Shown: piece after piece, positions 18,645-28,633 of the stretch
Numbering within the stretch: position 1 is the first letter of the stretch
Layout of the letters: each line of letters begins with the position of its first letter
IMG/VR virus record: IMGVR_UViG_2698536485_000021
Direction: 5' to 3' (one strand)
Length of the DNA: 36,937 nucleotides
From: a virus
Lineage: Duplodnaviria; Heunggongvirae; Uroviricota; Caudoviricetes
Program-made: the position numbers and the translations under genes
Notes under the pieces: model-generated
The model's input: only the letters and a program-made list of their open reading frames with translations
Told to the model about the DNA's origin: nothing
Databases searched by the model: none

Positions 18645-19137
18645 ACGCTGCCTTGTCGGGGCTGTGCTGGCTATTGCTGCCACGCTGCCGGGTTTTCAGC
18701 AGCTTCACACCTCCGTGGAGGGGCTGAAACTGATTGCCGATTACGAAGGCTGTCGTCTGCAGCCGTATCAGTGCAGCGCGGGTGTCTGGACCGACGGCAT
18801 TGGTAATACATCGGGCGTCATTCCCGGCAAAACAATCACGGAACGACAGGCAGCAGAAGGGCTGATCTCCAACGTGCTGCGTGTGGAGCGGGCACTGGAA
18901 AGGTGTGTGAAGCAACAGCCACCACAGAAGGTGTATGACGCTACGGTGTCGTTTGCCTTCAACGTGGGGACGGGCAATGCCTGCAGCTCCACGCTGGTGA
19001 AATTGCTCAATCAGCGGCGCTGGGCGGATGCGTGCCGACAGTTGCCGCGCTGGGTTTATGTAAAAGGTGTGTTTAATCAGGGGCTGGATAACCGCCGTGC
19101 GCGGGAGATGGCCTGGTGTTTACAGGGAGCAAACTGA
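18625..19137 (+). CDS. K: Endolysin, lysozyme-like muramidase with N-terminal hydrophobic (SAR-like) segment (P2 gpK-like)
   Basis: 170 aa; LIADYEGCRLQPYQCSAGVWTDGIGNT resembles the T4 lysozyme-family catalytic region; N-terminal VGAVLAIAATLPG. Confidence 0.8.
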   Translation: MNPSIVKRCLVGAVLAIAATLPGFQQLHTSVEGLKLIADYEGCRLQPYQCSAGVWTDGIGNTSGVIPGKTITERQAAEGLISNVLRVERALERCVKQQPPQKVYDATVSFAFNVGTGNACSSTLVKLLNQRRWADACRQLPRWVYVKGVFNQGLDNRRAREMAWCLQGAN

Positions 19138-19138
19138 A

Positions 19139-19516
19139 ATGAAAAAGAAATTAATCAGCGGACTGTTTCTGATGTTATGGATGGCGCTGTTAATCGCAGC
19201 AATGGTGTATCCGCAGGGGATTTTTCCGGTACTGGCAGCGTCCGGTGTCTGGGTAGCCTGCCTGCTGACATGGGGGGCAATTCCGGTAGCACTGGTTGCG
19301 TTAATTAAGAACGGCCCGCTCTGGCAGGAGTTGAGGGCATCTTTGCTGAAGAGCATTACCCGAAAAGAAAACGTATTTATCAGCTGGGTTATGCGATTGC
19401 TGATTATCGTAAGTCTCGCCTGGACGGGGTGGGCCATTACCCTGGTCTTTTATCTGCTGACCGTTATTGCCTTCTGGATCACTCGTAACCAGATGGCGCA
19501 ACAGGTAGCAGCATGA
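19139..19516 (+). CDS. lysA: LysA-like membrane lysis protein
   Basis: 125 aa with multiple hydrophobic helices; follows the endolysin. Confidence 0.65.
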   Translation: MKKKLISGLFLMLWMALLIAAMVYPQGIFPVLAASGVWVACLLTWGAIPVALVALIKNGPLWQELRASLLKSITRKENVFISWVMRLLIIVSLAWTGWAITLVFYLLTVIAFWITRNQMAQQVAA

Positions 19517-19941
19517 ACCGGTTGCTGCTGGTTGTGCTGGCGTTATTACTGGCGTCGCTGGGCTGGCAGACGTGGCGGCTGGCTGATGCCAGCCAGACCA
19601 TCAGCACGCAGGCAGACGAGCTGCGGAGCAAAAGCCAGGCACTGGCAAAGAGCAACAGCCAGCTTATCAGCCTGTCCATTCTGACTGAAACCAATAACCG
19701 GGAGCAGGCGCGGCTCTATGCCGAAGCAGAACAGACCAACGCGCTGCTGAGACAACGACAACATCGGATTGAGGAACTGAAACGTGAGAACGAGGATTTA
19801 CGCCGCTGGGCTGATACTCCTTTGCCTGCTGACATTATCCGGCTGCGGGAACGTCCGACGCTCACCGGAGGTGCAGCTTACCGTCAGTGGTTGTCCGCGA
19901 GTGACGCCGTGTCGGCTGGATCAGGCAGCGCCGCGCACTAA
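19513..19941 (+). CDS. lysB: LysB, i-spanin (Rz-like)
   Basis: 142 aa; N-terminal TM helix then coiled-coil periplasmic domain. Confidence 0.7.
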   Translation: MNRLLLVVLALLLASLGWQTWRLADASQTISTQADELRSKSQALAKSNSQLISLSILTETNNREQARLYAEAEQTNALLRQRQHRIEELKRENEDLRRWADTPLPADIIRLRERPTLTGGAAYRQWLSASDAVSAGSGSAAH

Positions 19942-20074
19942 CGGTGATCTGAACGCGTTGCTGGATGAAACGGAGGCCGCCTGGGCGGTCTGTGCAGACA
20001 AAGTGGACATGATTATTGCGTGTCAGGAGCGAAACAGTGAACAAACCACAATCCCTGCGCCACGCCCTCAATAA
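19784..20074 (+). CDS. lysC: LysC, o-spanin lipoprotein (Rz1-like), starts inside lysB in another frame
   Basis: Lipobox LTLSGC after a signal peptide; Pro-rich; embedded in the lysB 3' region. Confidence 0.65.
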   Translation: MRTRIYAAGLILLCLLTLSGCGNVRRSPEVQLTVSGCPRVTPCRLDQAAPRTNGDLNALLDETEAAWAVCADKVDMIIACQERNSEQTTIPAPRPQ

Positions 20075-20468
20075 AGCGGTGCCTTATGTCCGCAATAACC
20101 CGGACAAACTGCATCTGTTTGTGGATAACGGTTCGCTGGTTGCCACGGGGGCCAGCTCCATGTCGTGGGAGTACCGTTACACCCTGAACGCGGTGATTGA
20201 AGATTTCAGCGGCGACCAGAATCTGCTGATGGCCCCGGTTTTGCTGTGGCTGCGGGATAACCAGCCTGATGCCATCAATAACCCGACGTTACGGGAAAAG
20301 CTATTCACCTTTGAGGTGGATATTCTGCGCAACGATGTCTGTGATATCAGCCTGAACCTGCAGCTGACGGAGCGTGTGCTGGTCAGCACTGACGGCAGTG
20401 TGTCGAGCGTTGAAGCGGTAGCGGAACCCGATGAACCTGAAGAAATGTGGACGGTGAAACGTGGCTGA
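20037..20468 (+). CDS. R: Tail completion protein R (P2 gpR-like)
   Basis: ~143 aa from GTG 20037 with AGGAG RBS; synteny. Confidence 0.7.
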   Translation: MNKPQSLRHALNKAVPYVRNNPDKLHLFVDNGSLVATGASSMSWEYRYTLNAVIEDFSGDQNLLMAPVLLWLRDNQPDAINNPTLREKLFTFEVDILRNDVCDISLNLQLTERVLVSTDGSVSSVEAVAEPDEPEEMWTVKRG

Positions 20469-20907
20469 ACTGCAGAAGGTGGACGACTGGCTGAGTGCTT
20501 TACTGGCGAATCTGGAACCAGCCGCAAGAAGCCGAATGATGCGCCAGCTGGCGCAGGAACTGCACCGGACACAGCAGCAGAATATCAGGATGCAGCGCAA
20601 TCCAGATGGTAGCAGTTATGAACCGCGCAGGGTAACAGCACGCAGCAAGAAGGGGCGCATCAAACGTCAGATGTTTGCAAAGCTGCGCACCACAAAATAC
20701 CTGAAAACTGCCGCCAGCGCCGACTCTGCCAGCGTACAGTTTGAAGGCAAGGTGCAGCGTATTGCCCGTGTTCACCATTACGGTCTGCGTGATCGCGTCA
20801 GTCGCAAAGGACCGGAGGTCCGTTACGCAGAGCGCCGCCTGCTGGGTGTAAATGATGATGTTGAGGCAATGACCCGCGACATGATTCTACAATGGCTGGC
20901 GGGGTGA
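20461..20907 (+). CDS. S: Tail completion protein S (P2 gpS-like)
   Basis: 148 aa (P2 S ~150); start overlaps the R stop. Confidence 0.75.
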   Translation: MAELQKVDDWLSALLANLEPAARSRMMRQLAQELHRTQQQNIRMQRNPDGSSYEPRRVTARSKKGRIKRQMFAKLRTTKYLKTAASADSASVQFEGKVQRIARVHHYGLRDRVSRKGPEVRYAERRLLGVNDDVEAMTRDMILQWLAG

Positions 20908-20911
20908 TCTT

Positions 20912-20929
20912 TGTATCAGCACTGATACA
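20912..20929. promoter_or_regulatory. Ogr-dependent late promoter element TGT-N12-ACA upstream of V
   Basis: TGTATCAGCACTGATACA, near-perfect dyad with exact 12-nt spacing in the S-V intergenic region. Confidence 0.55.
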
Positions 20930-20975
20930 AGTTGCAGCACTGCCGCCTTTCTTCCCCTGATGGCAACCTTTCCCT

Positions 20976-21554
20976 ATGAACGCACAATTAACCGAAATCA
21001 TGCGCCTTATCACCAATCTGATCCGCACAGGTGTAGTCACCGAAGTGGACCGGGAAAACTGGCTTTGTCGGGTGAAAACAGGCGAGCTTGAAACCAACTG
21101 GATCAGCTGGCTGACGCTGCGTGCCGGGAATGCCCGCACATGGTGGCGACCATCAGAAGGTGAGCAGGTGGTGCTGCTGAGTCTGGGCGGCAATCTGGAA
21201 ACCGCCTTTGCGTTACCCGCCATCTATTCGAATCAGTTCGCGCCACCGTCGACGTCGGCGAACGCCTGCGTGACAGAACATCCTGACGGTGGCTGGTTTG
21301 AATACGAACCCGCCACCGGGCGGTGGTATGTCAGGGGCATCAAATCAATGGTCATTGAGGCCGCTGACAACATCACCATGAAAACCAGTGAGTTTGTACT
21401 GGAGGCTGACCGCACGCGCATTAACAGCGAAGTGGTGATCAATGGTGGCGTTACCCAGGGCGGCGGAGCGATGAGTTCTAACGGGATCGTGGTTGATACG
21501 CATCAGCATACTGGCGTCCTGAAAGGCGGCGATACAACCGGAGGCCCGGTATGA
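20976..21554 (+). CDS. V: Baseplate spike/assembly protein V (P2 gpV-like)
   Basis: 192 aa; synteny. Confidence 0.8.
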   Translation: MNAQLTEIMRLITNLIRTGVVTEVDRENWLCRVKTGELETNWISWLTLRAGNARTWWRPSEGEQVVLLSLGGNLETAFALPAIYSNQFAPPSTSANACVTEHPDGGWFEYEPATGRWYVRGIKSMVIEAADNITMKTSEFVLEADRTRINSEVVINGGVTQGGGAMSSNGIVVDTHQHTGVLKGGDTTGGPV

Positions 21555-21910
21555 CGCTTTATAGTGGGATGAACAATACCAGCGGCAAAGTCATTACTGA
21601 TATTGACCATCTGCGCCAGTCGGTGCGGGACATTCTGCTGACGCCGCAGGGTAGCCGCATTGCTCGTCGTGAATATGGTTCCCTGCTGTCGTCGCTAATA
21701 GACCAGCCACAAAATCCGGCATTACGCCTGCAGGTCATGTCGGCAGTGTATGTGGCGCTGAGTCGCTGGGAACCACGGATGACGCTGGATTCCATCACCA
21801 TCAACAGCAATTTTGACGGTTCAATGGTGGTGGCGCTGAGCGGGCGGCGTAATAACGGTGTGCCTGTTTCCCTTTCCGTATCAACAGGAGCAGAGAATGG
21901 CAGTGATTGA
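21551..21910 (+). CDS. W: Baseplate wedge protein W (gp25-like)
   Basis: 119 aa (P2 W 115); overlapping start/stop with V and J. Confidence 0.8.
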   Translation: MTLYSGMNNTSGKVITDIDHLRQSVRDILLTPQGSRIARREYGSLLSSLIDQPQNPALRLQVMSAVYVALSRWEPRMTLDSITINSNFDGSMVVALSGRRNNGVPVSLSVSTGAENGSD

Positions 21911-22805
21911 CCTTTCGCAGTTGCCTGCGCCGCAGATTGTGGATGTGCCGGACTTTGAGACGCTGCTTGCCGAACGCAAGGCCGAATTTGTTGCGCTTCA
22001 TCCGAAAGATGAGCAGGAAGCCGTGATCCGCACGCTGGAACTGGAATCTGAACCCGTCACCAAATTGCTGCAGGAGAACGCTTACCGTGAGTTGCTTCTG
22101 CGCCAGCGCATTAACGAAGCCGCGCAGGCTGTGATGGTGGCTTACGCGATGGGCAGCGATCTTGACCAGCTCGCTGCCAACTACAACGTGAAACGCCTGA
22201 CGGTGACGCCTGCTGATAATGACGCTGTGCCGCCCGTTGCAGCTGTGATGGAAAGCGATGAAGCGTTACGCCTGCGTGTGCCTGCAGCCTTTGAAGGGCT
22301 TTCAGTTGCGGGGCCAACTGCAGCTTATGAATTTCATGCCCGAAGCGCCGACGGTCGGGTGGCGGATGCCAGTGCAACCAGCCCAGCACCTGCAGAGGTG
22401 GTGCTGACTGTCCTTAGCCGCGAAGGCGATGGAACTGCAGAAAAAGACCTGCTGGACGTGGTGGAAAAAGCTCTGAACAGTGAGAACGTCCGCCCGGTGG
22501 CTGACCGTCTTACGGTTCGCAGCGCAGAAATCATCCCGTATCGTGTGGAAGCCACCATTTTTCTCTATCCTGGACCGGAAGCAGAGCCGGTAATGGCAGC
22601 GGCAAAAGCCAGCCTGCAGAAGTACATCGCCAGTCAGACGCGTCTTGGTCGGGATATTCGCCGTAGCGCCATCTTTGCCGCCCTGCATGTTGAGGGTGTG
22701 CAGCGTGTGGAGCTGGCTTCTCCTCTGGCGGATGTGGTCCTGAACAAAACACAGGCGGCATCATGTACGCAGTGGAGCGTAACCAACGGAGGAACGGATG
22801 AATAG
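21897..22805 (+). CDS. J: Baseplate assembly protein J (P2 gpJ-like)
   Basis: 302 aa from ATG 21897 (P2 J 302 aa). Confidence 0.85.
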   Translation: MAVIDLSQLPAPQIVDVPDFETLLAERKAEFVALHPKDEQEAVIRTLELESEPVTKLLQENAYRELLLRQRINEAAQAVMVAYAMGSDLDQLAANYNVKRLTVTPADNDAVPPVAAVMESDEALRLRVPAAFEGLSVAGPTAAYEFHARSADGRVADASATSPAPAEVVLTVLSREGDGTAEKDLLDVVEKALNSENVRPVADRLTVRSAEIIPYRVEATIFLYPGPEAEPVMAAAKASLQKYIASQTRLGRDIRRSAIFAALHVEGVQRVELASPLADVVLNKTQAASCTQWSVTNGGTDE

Positions 22806-23403
22806 TCTGCTGCCACCGGGTTCAACACCACTGGAACGCCGACTGGCGCAAACCTGCAGCGGGATTTCTGATCTGCAGGTGCCGCTTCGTGACTTGTGGA
22901 ATCCGGCAACCTGTCCGGTCAGTTTCCTGCCTTATCTCGCCTGGGCGTTCTCTGTGGATCGCTGGGACGAGGGCTGGACAGAAAGCGTCAAGCGCCAGGT
23001 GGTGAAGGATGCTTTTTATATTCATCAGCATAAAGGGACCACCAGTGCCGTGCGGCGGGTGGTGGAGCCGTTCGGCTTTCTGATCCGCATTATTGAGTGG
23101 TGGCAGACCGCAGAGGCACCGGGCACGTTTCGCCTGGATATCGGCGTGAAGGACCAGGGCATCACTGAAGATACCTATCTGGAACTTGAGCGACTGATAA
23201 GCGATGCCAAACCATGTAGCCGCCACATGATCGGCATGTCCATCAATCTGCAGACCAGCGGCCCGCATTGGGTGGGAGCCGCCAGCTATCTTGGCGAAGA
23301 AATCACGATCTATCCGTATATCAACGAAACGATTATTTCCGGTGGCACCGCGCATGAAGGCGGGGCGGTCCATGTTATTGACACAATGAGAGTGAATCCA
23401 TGA
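22798..23403 (+). CDS. I: Baseplate protein I (P2 gpI-like)
   Basis: 201 aa with GGAGG RBS; precedes the tail fibre gene. Confidence 0.8.
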   Translation: MNSLLPPGSTPLERRLAQTCSGISDLQVPLRDLWNPATCPVSFLPYLAWAFSVDRWDEGWTESVKRQVVKDAFYIHQHKGTTSAVRRVVEPFGFLIRIIEWWQTAEAPGTFRLDIGVKDQGITEDTYLELERLISDAKPCSRHMIGMSINLQTSGPHWVGAASYLGEEITIYPYINETIISGGTAHEGGAVHVIDTMRVNP

Positions 23404-24821
23404 GCACAAAATTTTATACCCTGCTGACGGATATTGGCGCGGCGAAACTTGCCAGCGCCGCCGCGCTCGGTGTGCCGCTAAAAATTACCCATATGGCGGT
23501 GGGCGATGGCGGCGGAGTATTGCCAACGCCGGACGCAAAGCAGACGGCACTGGTAAATGAGAAACGCCGGGCTGCGCTGAATATGCTTTATATCGACCCG
23601 CAGAACAGCAGCCAGATTATTGCTGAACAGGTGATCCCTGAAAACGAGGGTGGTTGGTGGATACGTGAAGTGGGCCTGTTTGATGAGTCCGGGGCATTGA
23701 TTGCCGTGGGCAACTGCCCGGAAAGCTATAAGCCGCAACTGGCTGAAGGCAGCGGGCGCACCCAGACCGTGCGCATGGTGCTGATTACCAGCAGTACGGA
23801 CAATATCACCCTGAAAATCGACCCTGCTGTAGTGCTGGCAACCCGTAAATACGTGGATGATGAAGTCCTGGAATTAAAGCTGTATGTGGATGACCAGATG
23901 AGAAACCACATTGCCGCACAAGATCCTCATACCCAGTATGCGCAGAAACATAATCCGACATTTACCGGAGAACCAAAAGCGCCGACGCCTGCAGCAGGAA
24001 ATAACACCACGCGGATTGCGACCACTGAGTTTGTTCAGGCCGCTATTACTGCTCTGATTAACGGTGCGCCAGCCACGCTGGACACACTGAAAGAAATTGC
24101 CGCAGCCATTAACAATGACCCGAAATTCAGCACCACCATTAACAATGCGCTGGCACTAAAAGCACCGCTGTCGAGTCCGGCACTCACCGGAACCCCAACA
24201 GCACCTACTGCGGCACAGTCGGTCAACAATACACAGATTGCCACTACAGCTTTTGTGAAATCAGCGATTGCAGCAATGGTGGGGTCTGCACCTGCGGCAC
24301 TGGATACACTGAACGAACTGGCGGCGGCACTGGGGAATGATCCGAACTTTGCCACGACAATGCTTAATGCGCTGGCAGGTAAACAACCGCTGGACAATAC
24401 GCTTACCAATTTGAGTGGAAAGGATGTAGCTGGTCTTCTCGCATACCTTGGTTTGGGAGAAGCGGCGAAAATGAGGGCATCTAATACAGTGGCCTCCACA
24501 TCAGGGCGAATTTCGATTCCAACCTTCGTTGAGGGAGTAGAGAGGGAGTTAATTATTCAGTGGGTAACTGGGGTCATCTCTGATGGTAACGGAGTAGCGA
24601 AAATAACACTGCCAATGGCATTCTCTAATGCATTAATGTATGCAGTAGCTGTTGATTGTGGGGCCAGTGAATCAGCATGGCCTGGTAATTCTGGAACAAC
24701 GTGGGGGGGTGATTTTTATAATTCGTCAAGAACAACTGTAATTGCACGAGTATTAAAATTTGCGAATGGAAATTGGTATGGTGGGACAGCAGCAGGAAGT
24801 ATACTTGCAATAGGATACTGA
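23400..24821 (+). CDS. H: Tail fibre protein H
   Basis: N-terminus MSTKFYTLLTDIGAAKLASAAALGVPLKITHMAVGDGGG is the conserved P2 H-type start; internal ~45-aa tandem repeats; AT-rich divergent C-terminal tip. Confidence 0.85.
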   Translation: MSTKFYTLLTDIGAAKLASAAALGVPLKITHMAVGDGGGVLPTPDAKQTALVNEKRRAALNMLYIDPQNSSQIIAEQVIPENEGGWWIREVGLFDESGALIAVGNCPESYKPQLAEGSGRTQTVRMVLITSSTDNITLKIDPAVVLATRKYVDDEVLELKLYVDDQMRNHIAAQDPHTQYAQKHNPTFTGEPKAPTPAAGNNTTRIATTEFVQAAITALINGAPATLDTLKEIAAAINNDPKFSTTINNALALKAPLSSPALTGTPTAPTAAQSVNNTQIATTAFVKSAIAAMVGSAPAALDTLNELAAALGNDPNFATTMLNALAGKQPLDNTLTNLSGKDVAGLLAYLGLGEAAKMRASNTVASTSGRISIPTFVEGVERELIIQWVTGVISDGNGVAKITLPMAFSNALMYAVAVDCGASESAWPGNSGTTWGGDFYNSSRTTVIARVLKFANGNWYGGTAAGSILAIGY

Positions 24822-24822
24822 T

Positions 24823-25242
24823 ATGAAAACTCGATTTTATTTTTGCAGTGAAGATACTGGTTTTTATATTTTACCTGGTAGTTCTTTTGTACCTAAGTCA
24901 TCTATTGAAATTACAGCAGAACAGTACGCAAAATATGCGGGCGTTGCGTGGCCAGAAAATAAAGTACTAGGAGTTTGTGATGATGGGAATCTGGCATGGC
25001 TTGATGCCCCCCAGCTATCGTATGAGGAAAAATTAATAAAAAATGAATCTCAAAAACAAAAATTAATCTCTATTGCTAATGAGTATATAAACAGTAAACA
25101 GTGGCCAGGTAAAGCAGCCATTGGTCGTCTGAAAAGCGAAGAGCTAGTGCAGTACCATTTATGGTTAGATTATCTCGATGAGGTAATTGCGATAGATGCT
25201 TCCAGTGAGACGGATATTATTTGGCCAAAACCGCCAAAATAA
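24823..25242 (+). CDS. G: Tail fibre assembly chaperone (P2 gpG-like)
   Basis: 139 aa immediately after H; MKTRFYF...LWLDYLDEV ending is Tfa-like. Confidence 0.75.
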   Translation: MKTRFYFCSEDTGFYILPGSSFVPKSSIEITAEQYAKYAGVAWPENKVLGVCDDGNLAWLDAPQLSYEEKLIKNESQKQKLISIANEYINSKQWPGKAAIGRLKSEELVQYHLWLDYLDEVIAIDASSETDIIWPKPPK

Positions 25243-25422
25243 TTATTATTCATTAACAAAATGGTTTATATATGTTAATTTATCGATTTTTATATTGCCT
25301 CGAACGTTTGCAATAAGTTTTTATTGTTGGATTGTTAATGATCCCCCGGTGAAACCGGGGAATCATAAAAATTAGTCTTTCTTAATGATGTTTAATTGTT
25401 CTTTTTTGTAACTTGTAGAGAT

Positions 25423-26550
25423 TTAGTTAAATGTGTTGATTATTTTTTTTCCAATCTTTATGCATGGTTTTTCAATAGATAAGTAACTTATATATGAAAG
25501 AGAGTAAACTATGGGAAAACATATTATAGATGTTATGAATAACCTTAAAAATGCTGGTTCATGGTGGATCTCGGAATGATTTAACAGGAAGGCGCAAACA
25601 GGTGTTACAATCAGTAAGTGAATTAAGTACACAGAGTATGAAACATCACCAAGCCATACGCTAAATTTATTATTTAATGTTCTTTTGATTTGTTTTTTTA
25701 ATTCATTTTGTTTTGATACGTCGTCGCCATTGACAATATAAAATATAAAAGCGCATAATATTATTTGTATTACCAATTGTTTTGTATTTATATGAATATG
25801 ACTTGTTGATGCAATTATAATTACAAAGATAGCGAGTGCTAGATATGATTTGTTATGTTTAAAAATAGACATATAAACGAGCATTCCGGCAATAAAAATA
25901 GGAAGCTTAATTAAAATAAATGAAGGCATGTGAAACGATTTGAAAAAATCGGGGAAAATAAAAAACATAAAAGTGGATAGTATAGAAGTAATTAATAATG
26001 AAAGCCGCATTCCGAATTTTTCCGCGGCAATCATAATAAATGGGAATATTAAATAATATTGAGTTTCCAATCCTATGCTCCAGTCAGGCAGGGTAGTTCT
26101 GAAACTATAGTCAGGAATCACGCCAAAAATGAAGGAAAGATGTAGCATTATGTTTTTGACTGACTGGTCAGAAAATCTATTTACATCTGTTGCCGTTTGA
26201 GGATAGAAGTCGGCAATGATTTCTCTCATATTTCCAATATATGGGCCGAAATAGATAGCTATAGCTAATAAAATATAATATAGAGGAGCAATACGGAAGA
26301 ATCGCCTAATCCAAAAATTTCTCATTGTACTAAATTTAATCCATGGTTCAATATCTTGTCGTTCAATATAGTTTTTAGTCATCAAGAAACCTGATAAGAG
26401 AATGAACAAATCAACGCCATAAGTTGGTTCACCAAGAATAGGTATTCTGCATTCTGTTAAAATCGCTATATGGCCAATAAATACCCATACAGAGGCAAGT
26501 CCTCTTAGACCTTCAAGCTCAGGAAGCCATCCTTTTCTAGTCATGTGCAT
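25423..26550 (-). CDS. Integral membrane acyltransferase (acyltransferase-3 / OafA-Oac family), probable lysogenic-conversion gene
   Basis: 375 aa, polytopic hydrophobic profile, N-terminal LRGLASVWVFIGH signature; isolated AT-rich gene on the opposite strand between G and FI. Confidence 0.75.
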   Translation of the reverse strand: MHMTRKGWLPELEGLRGLASVWVFIGHIAILTECRIPILGEPTYGVDLFILLSGFLMTKNYIERQDIEPWIKFSTMRNFWIRRFFRIAPLYYILLAIAIYFGPYIGNMREIIADFYPQTATDVNRFSDQSVKNIMLHLSFIFGVIPDYSFRTTLPDWSIGLETQYYLIFPFIMIAAEKFGMRLSLLITSILSTFMFFIFPDFFKSFHMPSFILIKLPIFIAGMLVYMSIFKHNKSYLALAIFVIIIASTSHIHINTKQLVIQIILCAFIFYIVNGDDVSKQNELKKQIKRTLNNKFSVWLGDVSYSVYLIHLLIVTPVCAFLLNHSEIHHEPAFLRLFITSIICFPIVYSLSYISYLSIEKPCIKIGKKIINTFN

Positions 26551-26841
26551 ATGCTTTGAATCTTCATTTGATAGGGGAAGTGAATTATATCGCCGCTTTA
26601 TAAATATGCCATCAAAAATTCATATCGAATATAGGAATGCACTCGAACCAATCGGTAAGGGAGTGTCTGACCGAAAGTGAGTTTGGATTATATTCAAACA
26701 TAGACAAATAATATTGGCTTCTGGTTAATATATAGATATTGATGTGGTTTGTCACAATTTTTTAACAATGCAGGTTGTAACAAGTTCATCGGGAGCAGCA
26801 TTATGTTGATTATCCCTGCAAGCGGACAAATACCGTTATTT

Positions 26842-26859
26842 TGTGTGAATAACGGTACA
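26842..26859. promoter_or_regulatory. Ogr-dependent late promoter element TGT-N12-ACA upstream of FI
   Basis: TGT 26842-26844, ACA 26857-26859, embedded in a 9-bp inverted repeat ACCGTTATT/AATAACGGT. Confidence 0.5.
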
Positions 26860-26935
26860 ACTGCGCTTAGCTGTTTGTCAGGCACAATCACTTCAATATA
26901 GGGCGAAGCCTAATCCAATCAGGAGGTTCGCCACT

Positions 26936-28108
26936 ATGGCTCAGGATTACCACCACGGGGTGCGCGTTGTTGAAGTCAACGAAGGCACCCGATCCATTAC
27001 CACGGTGAGCACCGCCATCGTGGGTATGGTCTGCACGGGCGATGATGCCGATGCAAAAATGTTTCCTCTTAATAAACCCGTGCTGATCACTGATGTGCTG
27101 ACTGCCAGCGGTAAAGCGGGTGAGTCCGGCACGCTGGCCCGTTCGCTGGATGCCATCGCTGACCAGGCAAAACCCGTGACCGTTGTTGTGCGTGTGCCGC
27201 AGGGTGAAACGGAAGAAGAAACCACGACCAATATCATCGGCGCAGTGACTGCTGAAGGTAAAAAAACAGGCATGAAAGCTCTGTTATCTGCCCAGTCACA
27301 GCTCGGCGTTAAACCGCGCATTCTCGGCGTGCCAGGCCACGATAACAAAGCCGTTGCGACTGAGTTGCTGAGCGTGGCGCAAAGCCTGCGTGGATTTGCT
27401 TACCTGTCAGCGTATGGCTGCAAGACAGTGCAGGAGGCGATCACTTACCGCGAAAACTTCAGCCAGCGCGAAGGGATGCTGATCTGGCCTGACTTTACTG
27501 GCTGGGACACGGTGCTGAATGCCGAAGCAACGGCATATGCCACCGCCCGTGCGCTTGGTCTGCGCGCCAAAATTGACGAGCAGACCGGATGGCACAAAAG
27601 CCTGTCCAACGTGGGCGTGAACGGTGTCACCGGAATTTCTGCAGATGTGTTCTGGGATCTGCAGGACCCGGCAACCGATGCAGGTCTGCTGAACCAGAAC
27701 GACGTCACCACGCTTGTGCGCAAGGACGGTTTCCGCTTCTGGGGTTCCCGCTGCCTGAGTGATGACCCGCTCTTTGCCTTCGAAAACTACACCCGCACGG
27801 CGCAGGTGCTGATGGACACGATGGCAGAAGCACACATGTGGGCGGTGGATAAACCGCTTAACCCGTCGCTGGCCCGCGACATTATCGAAGGTATCCGCGC
27901 CAAAATGCGCAGCCTGGTCAGTCAGGGCTATCTCATTGGTGGTGATTGCTGGCTGGATGAGTCGGTGAACGACAAAGACACGCTGAAAGCCGGAAAACTC
28001 ACCATCGACTATGACTACACGCCAGTGCCGCCACTTGAAAATCTGATGCTGCGCCAGCGCATCACCGATCAGTACCTGGTGAATTTCGCCAGCCAGGTCA
28101 GCGCGTAA
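26936..28108 (+). CDS. FI: Tail sheath protein (P2 gpFI-like)
   Basis: 390 aa; N-terminus [19 protein letters not shown]...[11 protein letters not shown] closely resembles P2 FI. Confidence 0.9.
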   Translation: MAQDYHHGVRVVEVNEGTRSITTVSTAIVGMVCTGDDADAKMFPLNKPVLITDVLTASGKAGESGTLARSLDAIADQAKPVTVVVRVPQGETEEETTTNIIGAVTAEGKKTGMKALLSAQSQLGVKPRILGVPGHDNKAVATELLSVAQSLRGFAYLSAYGCKTVQEAITYRENFSQREGMLIWPDFTGWDTVLNAEATAYATARALGLRAKIDEQTGWHKSLSNVGVNGVTGISADVFWDLQDPATDAGLLNQNDVTTLVRKDGFRFWGSRCLSDDPLFAFENYTRTAQVLMDTMAEAHMWAVDKPLNPSLARDIIEGIRAKMRSLVSQGYLIGGDCWLDESVNDKDTLKAGKLTIDYDYTPVPPLENLMLRQRITDQYLVNFASQVSA

Positions 28109-28117
28109 GGGGACAAC

Positions 28118-28633
28118 ATGGCTTTACCACGCAAATTAAAACACCTGAACCTGTTTAACGACGGGAACAACTGGCAGGGGATCGTTGAGTCGCTGACGCT
28201 GCCGAAATTTACCCGCAAATATGAGAAGTATCGCGGCGGCGGAATGCCGGGTGCGGTGGATGTGGATCTGGGGCTTGATGACAGTGCGCTGGACACAGAA
28301 TTTTCCATTGGTGGTACTGAATTGCTGCTGTTTAAACAGATGGGTAAAGCCACGGTGGATGGCATCCAGCTGCGCTTTACCGGCTCTATTCAGCGTGACG
28401 ATACCGGGGAAGTGCAGGCCGTGGAGCTTGTCGTGCGTGGACGTCACAAAGAAGTGGATTCCGGCGAGTGGAAGACGGGCGAAAGCAACACCACCAAAGT
28501 GACCAGTACCAACAGCTACGCGAAGCTGACCATCAATGGTGAGGTGCTCTATGAAGTGGACCTTATCAACATGGTGGAAATTGTGGACGGTGTGGACCTG
28601 ATGGAAGCGCACCGCAACGCCCTCGGCCTCTGA
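28118..28633 (+). CDS. FII: Tail tube protein (P2 gpFII-like)
   Basis: 171 aa (P2 FII 172), follows FI. Confidence 0.85.
   Translation: MALPRKLKHLNLFNDGNNWQGIVESLTLPKFTRKYEKYRGGGMPGAVDVDLGLDDSALDTEFSIGGTELLLFKQMGKATVDGIQLRFTGSIQRDDTGEVQAVELVVRGRHKEVDSGEWKTGESNTTKVTSTNSYAKLTINGEVLYEVDLINMVEIVDGVDLMEAHRNALGL

Noticed and set aside
24035-24499. 154-aa minus-strand ORF inside the tail fibre gene
   Set aside because: Antisense to the repeat region of H; Ala/Ser-rich artefact of the repeat composition
25338-25358. Hairpin CCCGG-TGAAA-CCGGG after gene G
   Set aside because: Short stem without a flanking T-run on either strand; cannot support it as a terminator
26694-26891. 65-aa minus-strand ORF upstream of FI
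   Set aside because: No RBS, overlaps the late promoter dyad, no recognisable features; more likely non-coding control region
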